Assembly (NCBI GenBank): GCA_038087875.1
Contig: JAXLNO010000104.1
Location: 124,001 to 188,000, forward strand
Direction: 5' to 3'
Source: Malacoraja senta
Lineage: Eukaryota
DNA length: 64,000 nucleotides
Each line of letters begins with the position of its first letter. Position 1 is the first letter of the stretch. Positions 23,402 to 35,176 of the stretch are shown one piece after another. A program made the position numbers and the translations under genes. Below the pieces are notes generated by a model. The model ran no database searches and had not been told where the DNA came from. It saw only the letters and a list, made by a program, of their open reading frames with translations.

Positions 23402-23940
23402 CCATGTTTCTGCTCCATGGTGAGGTCTCCAGGGTCGTTGCATGCGTTGGCATTGCCTGCTGTGGCTGACCAGCCCAATTCTCGAGAGATGGTCTTTGCC
23501 GCAATGGGATCGAGTCGGGCTTATCACTCGTAACTGCTCCCTCCTGCGCTCAAGTTCCTCTCCAGAGCGCAGGCCTGGGGAAAAGATGGAAACCTTGGGT
23601 TTTCCAAACATCAGCCCCCACGACCTAACTGGTGGGATCCAAAGGAGTGCCAGGCACGTCGTATGGCACCAGGTTGGTTGCAGGAGCTGCCGGAACAATG
23701 CCAAAAATGAGATATCAATCCTCCTATTGGGGCTCCACTCCAGATTTTCTGTCTGGGTTTATTCCCTTAGCCTTGGCTTCACCAAAAGCTCCCACAAGGC
23801 AGTGGGACTATTTACCCATAGCTGGGGATCTGGTTCACGGGCACCCGGGTGTGTCCACCACCCGGTGGGCCTGCGTGCCGCGTGTCTGGTGCCCGGACCT
23901 CCTCTGAGTCCTCTGTAGTTCAGCCTGAGTCGGCACGGTG
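23402..23940 (-). mobile_element. RTE-like 5'UTR-derived insertion
   Basis: Motifs tcgtatggcaccaggttggttgcaggagctgccggaa and ctccactccagattttctgtctgggtttattcccttagcc resemble remembered RTE 5' regions; no ORF. Confidence 0.4.
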
Positions 23941-24575
23941 CTCGGTTTCCGTGTGCTGCCACGGGGAGACACCACAGGAGGCGTGCTGTTGGAGAGTCTT
24001 TGTACCGGCAGAGAGAGACTGGCGCACCCGGCTCTCCTCACATTGCTGTGAGCTAGTGGTGGCGAGTCGCATTCTTCACCAGTGGTGATGGAGAAGGTAC
24101 TGCACTGGCAAACACTAACACAAGCACATACAAACACTAGCATTGTCCTACCATACTGCAACGCTAGCATGTAACTATGCTAGACGCATCACAACATCCA
24201 TTTGGACACCTGGTTAGCCTCTCGGGAGTGCGAGTAGGGATCATATCTAATCTCATCTCAACTGTCTTTTAAGCTTTTTGAGGGTTTTTTAGCATTAGTC
24301 TCCCCTGATATGACAGATGGACATTTTCTCGACATGGTGGGTAGAGAAAATTTGAGCGCATTATTACAAATGTATGAGTGCGAAAATTAGGTTTGATATT
24401 GATTAAACAAGTGTGTCATTCCAAATACGTATAAATCAGCCATCTCGGGTCAAACACGGAGTGGCTGTGTAGCATCCAAAGCTTTGTTCCTTACCAATTT
24501 TATTACCCAAGCCAGAATGGTGAGCTAGGCCCACCACATAATCACGACTTCCATTAATGGCCAGTTTCACATGGA

Positions 24576-25372
24576 GAGTCACAATTGTACACTCTTGCTC
24601 ATGTTGGGGCCCAAAGGAGCCGCGCGGCAGAAGCCATGCTGAGGGTCCGCGGGTCCTGCAGAACCGGGGACCTGGCCAGAAGCCCCGACAGGCCACGAGC
24701 TGCTGAGAGAAGCTGCCCCCAAGATCTGACCACGAGCCACCAGAGCAACGGACAGGGGACCGGCCTGCAGTGGGCCCCGAGGCTCGTGTCCCACTCGACC
24801 CCCGAAAACGGGACCGGAAGGAGGAGAGAGTCGGACCGGCAGACGCTGGACAAGGGGTCGGTCGGAGGAGGGGGGGAGGGGTCTAACGTCTCGCGTCTTC
24901 AAGGTTGTCTGTGGGAGGAGAACCCCCGTGGCAGTAAAACTGGTGGACTGGAGAGGAGATGGATGGTTCGCTGGCGAACTGTTTGAGGGGGAGAGATGGC
25001 GGGCCATAGAGGGGCGGTGAGACCGCCAAGAACAGAGTGGGGATGGGGGGGGGGGGGTGAAAGGGGAGGTGCCGATACTAAAGAGGATCTCCGTGCTGGG
25101 GGGAGACTCCATGAACAAGGAGCGACCCGGCGAAGGGGTCCACCGAGAACAATGAGGGACCCGGCAAGGGGTAGGCCGCTGTGGACAAGGCGAGACCTGG
25201 GGACGGGGTGGCCGAGAACAAAGAGTGTCCATCGGGACCCTAATGATTATTTTTGTAACTTTTCCTACACCAGACACGTGGCGACACTTTGCGTAATTTG
25301 TGCAATGTAGTCAAAAACAAAGAATTTCACTGTACATGGGTACGTGCGATAATACAGTATAATTAAATTGAA
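24576..25372 (+). mobile_element. GC-rich non-autonomous retroposon with Rex1-like 3' tail
   Basis: Ends aagaatttcactgtacatgggtacgtgcgataata...aattgaa, similar to the tail at 45345-45395. Confidence 0.45.
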
Positions 25373-25374
25373 TG

Positions 25375-25875
25375 TTGAGCTGCAGACTGAAGATAGTTTT
25401 GTATAATCTCTGGATCATTAGCAGAGATTTTAAATCCCAGCTCAAGTTTTGGCCATTCTCTGTTTGGCTTACAGAGAAACTCTGGTCCATTGATGCATCT
25501 CTTATTGCTTAAGAAGCGGTCTGCTGAACACATCTTGAACACATCTGTTCAGCGATATTGAACACATCTGTTTCAATGCACCAGTGCTGTCCGAATGCTC
25601 TTTCCATTGGCAAATTGTCTTTGTCCAAATCCAATTCTCTGGTCTCCATCTGGTGGAATATATTCCAATACAACATGACTGTTGGTGATCCACTTGGAAA
25701 GGGTGAATCCTCCCTTATTGCAGAGGGAAGTCAGATGTATTACCATTTGAATTGCTTCCTGCTCAGTAGACATGGATTTTAAGCAATCATCCACATAGAA
25801 ATTATTCTTCAAAGTGGTTATCACTTCTTCTGGAAAGTGAACTTTATTGTCCTCTGCGGTCTCCTTTAATACAAA
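25375..25875 (-). mobile_element. BEL/Pao LTR retrotransposon RT fragment
   Basis: TLKNNFYVDDCLKS...LCNKGGFTLSKWITNS is a BEL/Pao RT signature. Confidence 0.85.
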
Positions 25876-26204
25876 ATGATTCCAGCATTCGCACTCTCTT
25901 GCAACTTTTCCTTCTAAACCACGAAATAGTACTAGGACAATTAATTCCAACAATTTTCCAACCACGCAAGTTAAAATAATTGGCCTGCAACTCTAGTTTA
26001 TCTCTTCTGCTTTTTAAACAATTATATGGTGTAAAAGGTTCACTGACACCATTCCTGGAGTGATCAAACACTTAAGGTAAGAATTCCTCCCCTTCCTTCC
26101 ATTATGTTCCTTTGTACGTGTTGTATTTATGTTCCTTATTCCTTCCAAAATGATTGAGCTCCATTTAAACCTGAAATCAAACTGAAATCAAATGAAATTA
26201 TACT

Positions 26205-26488
26205 GAGCACGGTGCAGTAGAATTGTTGCCTTTCAGTTCTTGCACCGCTGGAGACCCGGGTTCGGTCCCGACTACAGGTGCTGTCTGTACGGAGTTTGGA
26301 CATTCTCCCCGTGACTGCGTGGGTTTTCTCCGAGATCTTCAGTTTCCTCCCACACTCCAAAGACGTACAGGTATACAGGTAAATTGTCTTGAGTGTGTAG
26401 GATAGTGTTAATGTGTGGGGATCGCTGGTCGGTGAGGACTCGCAGGGCCGAAGGGCCAGTTTCTGTACTGTTTCTCTAAACTAAAAAA
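26205..26488 (+). mobile_element. HE1-type V-SINE, near full length
   Basis: tRNA-like head (gacccgggttcggtccc B box), V-domain, CR1/HER1-like tail gggccgaagggcc...tctctaaactaaa. Confidence 0.85.
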
Positions 26489-26582
26489 ACGAAACAAATT
26501 CTGGTCTCCCAGCTGAGTTCCATCAACAGTTGGGCCTAACTATCTTCAGCTCATGGTGCAATAATCTTACTTTCGTCATTAC

Positions 26583-26869
26583 TGTTATGTATTGCCCGGA
26601 ACAATAACAACGGAGTAAATAATTAAAACAGTTATTTACTATCTGACTTCCAACATGGTACATCAGCCTAACTTACATAAAATGGCTGCAGCTTAACAAA
26701 TGGTGTCCCGCGTCTCGGTCCTCTGAATGGACGGCGTTCCTAATCTTCCATGTAGGCGCACACCTGTGACGTTCCTGGAATTGCGTGTAAGAAGCCAGCG
26801 CCCATGCATGTAAGATGCCGGTACACATGCACGTAAATTAACCGTTCAGGACGGTTCATCCCTCCCCCC
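26583..26869 (-). mobile_element. 3' LTR (26583-26858) with PPT of a second LTR family
   Basis: Minus strand: gggggaggga PPT immediately followed by TGaacc...cataaCA, with an aaataa polyA-like signal near the end. Confidence 0.6.
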
Positions 26870-27129
26870 TGTAGGAGGGAACTTCAAAAGAGGAAAATCA
26901 ACAGATAGATGTTCATAGAAGAATGATTAAATAATTTCTACTCCACCATTCAATCATGGCTGATCTATCTCTCAATCCTAACCCCATTCTCCTGCCTTCT
27001 CCCCATAATCCCTGACACCCCAACTAATCAAGAAAGTATCTTTGTGTTCAGCTGGTGGAGGGGGCAGTTGGCTGTGATGTTCACTGTTACTCAATGCAGT
27101 GTCCTTTGGTCCATCTACTAAAGTAGCTT

Positions 27130-27263
27130 AGTGTTAAAGAAGGAACTGCAGATGCTAGAAAATCGAAGGTACACAAAATGCTGGAGAAACTCAGCGGGTG
27201 CAGCAGCATCTATGGAGCGAAGGAAATAGGCAACGTTTCGGGCCGAAACCCTTCTTCAGACTG
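27130..27263 (-). mobile_element. 134-bp Penelope 3'-end element containing the hammerhead motif
   Basis: Matches 63640-63772; flanked by 9-bp TSD aagtagctt (27121-27129, 27264-27272). Confidence 0.9.
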
Positions 27264-28242
27264 AAGTAGCTTGGTCGTTGACAACAGGAACCATTTCTAT
27301 AGCTTCATTGCGTCTTACGTAGGTTCGACAGCGTACATGATCCAAATGCCGCCTAACAACAACGTTAGAAATTTGGCTGTTTGCTGGTGAGGGCACAGCC
27401 CTACCCTCCAATCATATATTTTGAGGGAATCAGAGGCCTTGACAAATTCCATGTTGAGGCTGATATTATGAGGCTGATGGCAAGTAATATTCATGCCACA
27501 AGGGATAGACAATAAGAGAGTTCAGCCATCTCCTTTCAACCTTCCTAAAGACAATTGAACAGGTGCATGGAAAGGAAAGAGTTAGAGGGATATTATAATG
27601 TCATAAGTGATAGCAGATTTAGGCCATTCTGCCCATCAAGTCTATCCCGTCATTCAATCATGGTTGATCTATCTCTCCCTCATAATCCCATTCTCCTGCC
27701 GTCTCCCCATAACCTCTGACACCTGCACGTTTTCACGTATTGAGCCCTTCAATGTCTGATAGTGCATCTTGTTGGGTATAGATTACACCTCAGCAAGAGT
27801 CCGTTTATAAACTGGTGTGATTCCCAGCTGTTATTGTGAAGGCTCGCCCACTATCAGAACTCTAAGCCTCTCCTGTTCCAATAAATGTTAGGTGGCTTTT
27901 TCTTCCTTCGTCGGTGTTATGTTCATAAGTCCTAGGTGCATAATTAGGCCATTTAGCCCATCTAATGCACTTTGCCGTTCAATCATGACCGATCTTCCTT
28001 TCCCTATTCTCCTGCCTATTCCCCACAACCTTTGACACCCTTACTAATCATGAACCTGTCAACCTTCACTTTAAAAATACTCAATAACTTAGCCTTCACA
28101 GCTGTCTGGCAATGAATTCCACAGATTCACCACCCTCCAACTAAAGAAATTGCTCCTCATCTCCTTTCTAAAGGTACGTCCTTTTATTCTGAGGCCGTCC
28201 CCTCTGGTCCGAGACTCTCCCACTAGAAAAAACATCCTCCCC

Positions 28243-29162
28243 ACATTCAGTATTCAGTATTTGCTTTAATGTCATTTTAACTGAGTACTTACATACACAG
28301 AAGAAACAAAAAAATTGCTTCTCAATCAGTTCCCATCAGTGCAGTTAATAAAAACAGAATAAATACATACAACTTTAAAATTAAAATTAACATATCTAAA
28401 AAAAATAGGCCTACAATTTGAACTAAAAACAGACATTCAGACCGAACAGTGGCTTGCTTTGACAGGTGCCTAACTGTCTCCTTTGTCTTTTCCACATTGA
28501 GGGTGAGATTGTGAGATCTGCACCACTCTAAGCAGCTCCACCTCCATCCTGTATGCCGACTCATTGTTGTCACTGATGAGACACACCACTGTTGTGTCAT
28601 CAGCGAACTTATTGATATAATTATTGCTGAGTCTGGCAGTGCAGTCATGAGTAAGCAGACTGAACAGCAGGGGGCTTAGGACACAGCCTTCGGGTGAGCC
28701 AGTGCTCACTTCGATGGTTCTTGATGTCCGGCTGCCCACCCTGACTGTCTGCTGCCGCTGCGTCAGAAAATTAAGGACCCAGTTGCAAGTGCCAGTGTCC
28801 ACCTTCAACAGCTTCAGCTTCTCCACCAGCTGCTGTGGGATGATTGTGTTAAAAGCCGAGCTGAAGTCTGTGAAGATGATCCTGGCATAGGTGTTCTTCC
28901 GGTCGAGATGTGATAGTGCGAGGTTGAGTGTTGTAGAGACTGCATCCTCTGTTACAGCGGTTGGTTCTGTAAGCGAACTGCAGTGGGTCCAGGTTGGCAG
29001 GGAGACAGTTTTTGATGTGCTGCATGACCAGCCTCTCAAAACACTTCATTAATATGGGTGTGAGAGCCACTAGACGAAAGTCATTGTGACAGGCTGGGTT
29101 GGGCTTCTTCGGGACGGGAACGATGGTGGCACTTTTGAGGCAGTTGGGCACTACTGCCTGGC
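28243..29162 (-). mobile_element. Rex1/Babar LINE fragment
   Basis: [56 protein letters not shown]; short-repeat tail. Confidence 0.9.
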
Positions 29163-30419
29163 TTATCCAGACCTTTTGCTATTCGGTAAGTTTCATTGAG
29201 GTCCCCACTCATCCTTCTAAACTCCAGCAAGTACAGGCTCAGAGCCGTCAAACATTCATGATATGTTATGTCCGGGCTTCTCCATCTCTTGCAGGTGGTG
29301 TATTTTTGTTCTGGAATTCTTCGATTTCTTGTAGCACTGGCAGAAATTTTAACTGTTTCATCTGGGTGATGTCTTCCTTTCCAGCCATTTGGAATGAAGC
29401 CTTGATAATTTTAACATCCGAGTGTTCCAAGGATAGTTGTTTCCTAACGACTGCAGATGGTATGTGTCTAATTTTGGTAGGCTCCATCACAATTCTGTGC
29501 ATATAGGCTACCATCCGTGGTTTCACTCGGCATGTGGAGGATCGCCTTTGCTGTTTTCTTTATAAGACTTCCTGTTCTGGGATGCTTCCGTGAGTTCATA
29601 AGTGTTAGGAGCAGAATTAGGCCATTCGGCCCATCAGTCTACTCCGCCATTCAATCATGGGTGATCTATCTTTCCCTCTCAACCCCATTCTCCTGCCTTC
29701 TCCCCATTAACCGTGACACCCATACTAATCAAGAATCTATCTATCTCTGCCTTAAAAATATCCATTGACTTGGTCTCCACAGGCTTCTGTGGCCATGAAT
29801 TCCACAGATTCACCACACTCTGGCTAAAACCTAGGCTAAGGTGGTAATACAATCTTGGGACCATGTGGGCCCTAAGGATCTCAATCTTTCAAATGGTTTC
29901 AGCTTGGTGTTCTTAAGGCTGTCAAACTATTTATCCAGTTTTAAGTACCAATTTTCATTGGTCACCCCTGAGCAGCGGGTCGACATGCACCGGGATCTTT
30001 CTCGATCTCCCCTGGTTTTATGTGATCGGTTGAGCCCTTGTTTATTGTCCAGTTATTTAATGGATTGTAGACATGTCTTTCTCTTGTTGACCACATGGAA
30101 ACCCTTGGTCTTTTTCACATTCATCTCAAGGCCTGTGCACTGGCAGAAGGTTCATAAGTTCATAAGTCATAGGCGCAGAATTAGCTAATTCGGCCCATCG
30201 AGTCTACTCCGCCGTTCAATCATGGTCAAAGGCGCAGAATTGTCTATCTTTCCCTCTCAATCCCATTCTCCTCCCTGTAACATAATAATAATAATAATAA
30301 TACACTTTATTTCGGACTCAAGGTCCAGACAAGGGGCAACATTACATAAAAATGCATTGCATATTAAAAACATCATAAACTACATATAAAATCTTAGTAT
30401 ATTACATAAAAGCATCATA

Positions 30420-33400
30420 AATAGTAAGATTAAACGAGAACTTACCAGTTTGAAGTTTGATCTTTATTTTATGAGGAGTTACGTTGGTGATTACATGAAA
30501 AAAGTCCCGCCAGTGCACATGCACGTCAATCTTCAAAGCAGCGGTATGAAATCACAAACAACAATTAACGAAGTAACATAATAAAATGAGTAACTTGAGA
30601 ACTACCAGCTGAACTTATGAGAGAGGGTTGGGCGTGGAGGGCACGTAATCACCAACGTAACTCCTCATAAAATAAAGATCAAACTTCAAACTGGTAAGTT
30701 CTCGTTTAATCTTACTATTTTACTTCGGAGTCACGTGAGTGATTCTGTGAAGGATTCAAAGCTTTGTGATTTCATGCCGCAGATTCAAATCCCGGCTTCT
30801 CACTGCATTGATTGACTCGGAAAACGAGAAATAATCAATAATGCATTAATAATTACATTGCATGAAAATGCAGTAACTAATTTATTTGAATAACAGAATT
30901 AACAGTATCCCCTCAAACCCAGGGGAAACTTAAACATAATTTAATATAGTATTTGCAAACAGCCCCGTATCGGCAATTGGCCGATGGTAAAATTGTTGAA
31001 ACACCAACTCATTGGACCACCCGGCGGCTGCGAGAATGTGGTCGACGGGGACGTCCATCGCCCTGGCTGCCGAAGTTGCTGCTGCCCTAGTGGAATGGGA
31101 TGTAAAAACATCAGTGTTAATACCTGCAGCAATCAAGACTTGTTTTAACCACTTGAAATTGTCTGCACTGACACTCTCTTGTGTGTTTTTTTGTGAGTGA
31201 TAAACAACCCTGTTTCCATATTTTGTAAAGCCCTTGTGGCCTCAATGTATTGCAGCAAATATGTCTTAACACATAGACATGGATCCGTGGGATATGCTGA
31301 GAAAACAATCTTGAATCCTGTCACACCTGGCCTGCTTTGTTTGAGTAGGTCATAAATGTAAAACATAACATTATCTGGAGCTACTTCCATCCTGTCTATC
31401 TGTAACTTTTGCAATGTTTGCACTCGCTGTGCTGATACTAGTGCCATAAGCATGACCACCTTCATGACGAGTTTGGCCAAAGTCAGAGACGTACCAGGAG
31501 TCCATTGACGAAGTAGCTTGAGAACCGCACTTACATCCCAGATTGCCATGTACCTAGGTTTAGGAGGTCTGGAATTAAAAATTCCTTTCATCAATCTGGA
31601 AACGAGAGGATGACCCAACAGGATGTCTTTCTGATCCCATCAATAAATACGAGGACAATGCACTTCTGGCTGACTTAATCGCACTATAACTCAACCCCTC
31701 ATCCTAATAGAGTGTTGACAAAATATCTAGGACATGCGAGATAACTGCCGTACAATATTCAATATTCTTTTGTACACAGAAATGTTCCCATTTCTTTACA
31801 TAAGAAATGTACTGCTTTTGAGTTCTCTTCCCCCAGGTTGCAGTGAGCATGTCCACAGTACGCCCAGACAGTCCTCGCCCGAGATATGGCCTTCTTAAAA
31901 CCTGCAAATTAACAGATCCATACGGTCATATAACGGATGTTGCTCTCCAGTTACCCGATGCACCAGTAAATCTCTTCTTTTGGGGACCTCCATCAGAGGT
32001 TGTGTCATTAATTCCAATATCAACGGAAACCATGGCTGAGTAGGCCATTCCGGTACCACCAGCACCCCAGAGGCGGCATCCTGCTTGATTTTGAGCAGAC
32101 GCCGACTTATGAGACAGAATGGTAGAAACATACCACTCCAATATAGCGAGAAAGCATCAAACGCTAATGCCCCAGCATCTGGTTTCAATGACACATATCT
32201 CGGTAGCTGGTGGTTGAGTCTGGATGCGAACAAGTCGATATCTGGCCTTCCAAATCTGACTACTATATCATAGAATACATCTCAATTCAACATCCATTCT
32301 ATGTTGTCATGGAATTTTCGCGACCTGGTGTCTACTACTATATTGAATCTACCTGGTAGATATATAGCTGAAATCCAAATATTTTTGGCAATACACCAAG
32401 TCCAGATTCGATTAGCCAATCTGTCACAAGACACCGACTTGATTCCACCCATGTGATTAATATATGCTATTGCTGTAGTATTGTCAATTTGAAGCTGAAC
32501 ATGCAGGTTAGTTGTGTTTTTGAACAATAAGCATTAAACCCATAAAAACCTCCCAACAGCTCTAAATAGTTGATTCCCCATGTCTGCAGAAACAATGCCT
32601 CTTCCATATTCCATCTGCCTCCGCAGCTGGATGTCATATCAGTGGCATCCTCCTAGTGCACTGACATCAGTCTGTAAGATCATGGAAGGCTGTTCAATCA
32701 ATACTTTGCTGGAACTACTGGAGACATGTTGAATCCACCACTGCAAATCAGAAGCAGCGTTTGTTGTTAACTGCATGGGCCTATCAAAATGGCCACAATG
32801 CATCCTCAGTGCCTGTTCCTTTGGCCTTTTCTAGCTGCTGGTAGTGCAATGGCCTATATTGCACTGCCGGAAAAGCTGCCACTAATTTTCCCAGCAAGCT
32901 GGCCACCTGCCTAATTGAAGGTCGTTGGTCATTCAACAGGTTAATGCAACCGTCAATTAGCTCCACCCTTTTTTCCTTGAGCAAAGTTATTACCATACGA
33001 ATTGAATCAATTGTGAAACCCAAATAATCAATTGTTGTAAGTGGTGTTAATCTTGATTTCTCTGGATGAATTAAAAAAAAAAAACGTTGAAAAGTGGATT
33101 TAACAACTTGCACAGATGACTCAGCGAATTCTGTTGTTCGTCCTATAATTAGGATATCATCCAGTAAAGCCATCACCACATGACCCTGGACTCTAAGTAG
33201 CCCCAGTATTGGCTTTAACAATTTAGTGAATATTCTTTCAAATAAACAGACACTGAGATATTATGCATCTTTCAGATCTATAGTTGCCATATAACGTGCT
33301 CTGGGAAAAAGTTGTTTGGCAGTCACAAATGTTTCCATTTTGAAGTGTCTATACTGTACAAAAGGATTAAGACTTGTCAGATCCAAAATAATTCTACATC

Positions 33401-35117
33401 CTCCGTCCTCTTTAGGTCATGGAAAATATTAGACACAAATTAGGTGGGCTTGAAAAACCAACCTTTCAATTACTCCTTTATTACACAAATTGTCAAGTTC
33501 AACCTGAACCTCCATGACTTATTTTTATGAAATTTGGAGTGTTCTCCTAGGAACATGCTGGAGGGCAAATTACCATTTGGATCGAACTCAATTCGAAACC
33601 CTTGAATAATACTCAGAATAAATGGATCTGAAGTAATTTGTTTCCAATTCTTATAGAACAAATGTAATCTGTCTCCAACCCTTGGCTGTTTTGCCTTTAA
33701 TATGTTCACATGAGAAACCAGGCCCACCTACCTCCTTGGTAACCTGAGTGACCTGTGGTCCCCGATTCCTGGCAGGAAACCCCCCGCTTGTCCGTGTTCC
33801 CGCTGCAGGGCGCCAACTACGCACGTGCGTCGACAGCCGACTTGGTCCTGGTGTAGGCCCAGGATCTGTATGTCGTCTGTAGGGATACCTCCTCTTCACA
33901 GACTTGCTGACCATCGGTATTTTGATCAACCCTGCCGTTTTTGCCTCGTCATCCAACTCTTTTACCCGTTTCGCGAGGTCTTCTCCGAAGATTAAGTTGG
34001 GTGGCTGCACGTTACAGAGTGCTGCAAACTTGGGGTTGATGGTGGGCTGAATGGCACCCTTCCTGAGACAATTGATCTCAAAGTGGGCGCTACGTGGCAA
34101 TCCCAGTGCCTCTTGATGCAACTCGGTCACCTGCCCTCCATCCATCGTTCTTGCAAACGCCGTTATTCCTGAACGCAGCAGCTTCAAAATTCTCTGCAAT
34201 TTTATTTCTTGGGCTCACATGCCCAAGCCCATCTGACCACATATGACCTGGTTCACTGCCGGTGCTTTTGGTAGCACACAGTTACTCGGGGTCTCGTGCT
34301 TTTTGGCAGTTTCGTCCATTGTAATCTGCTGGAGCTGATGTGAGACCAAATAGTTGATCGTGGAGGCCAGCTCTTCTCCCAGTGGCTCTCCGGACTCTGA
34401 CGGGTCAGCGAATCGTACTGCCAGAGGTGGAATATCTGGCAGCTGCCGTTCTTCGCTTGAATTGGCCTCACCGTCAAGAGTCGGGGTCAGAACTCTGCTG
34501 ACCCAGTGCATGCGCCTCATCAATGAGGGTGCTCTCAAGCAGCCCTTTACTAGGTGCTGCTGGCCTGGCTTCTCCAGCCAGGCTCTGACTCCACTCCTCC
34601 CTGAGTGTGCCTTGTTCGAGCAACCTGTGTAACAGGCTCTCCATTTGGGATATTCGCTCAAAAGTGGTATCCAGCCCCGGAGGCGAATCCTCCCGACCCG
34701 ACACCTCCTCCATGGGCCTGACGGACTTGTGCGTTGCCTTGCGCCCGACTGGCGCTGGCTCTGTTGTTTTTAAACCCAAGCCCACAGTCGCCACGCTCCC
34801 AGCCGGCGACTGTACAGGGGTATGAGGCAGCCCTTCACCTACTGCACTCCCGCGGCTGTCTACCGGTTTCGCGGCTCGCCTCTTACCCTTGCCCGTCCTG
34901 TCCATGCGCCTGCGAAAATCTGTCCAACAGAGCACCACTGCAAACGGACCGGAAACTCCAACAACGTTTTTTCACTTCCCTTGGAGTTGAAAATACTTAT
35001 CACTGGAGGAGCTCTGCTCCTCACAGCCTCCGTGCGCCAATGCGGCTGACATAATGACGCGCATGCGCACTGGCGGGACTTCTTCACGGAATCACTCACG
35101 TGATTCCGAAGTAAAAT
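30420..35117 (-). mobile_element. DIRS1-type retrotransposon #2, full span, heavily decayed
   Basis: ITR aagtcccgccagtgcacatgcacgtca (~30502-30528) is inverted at ~35055-35081; ICR 30642-30754; gag-like (33651-34938), RT/RH/MT (31895-33727) and YR (30930-31907, HSTR...AGW) fragments. Confidence 0.95.
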
Positions 35118-35176
35118 TATATATTAAAAAATAAAAAAACACAATACATGAATTAAAATCCAGAATAAAAGAATGA

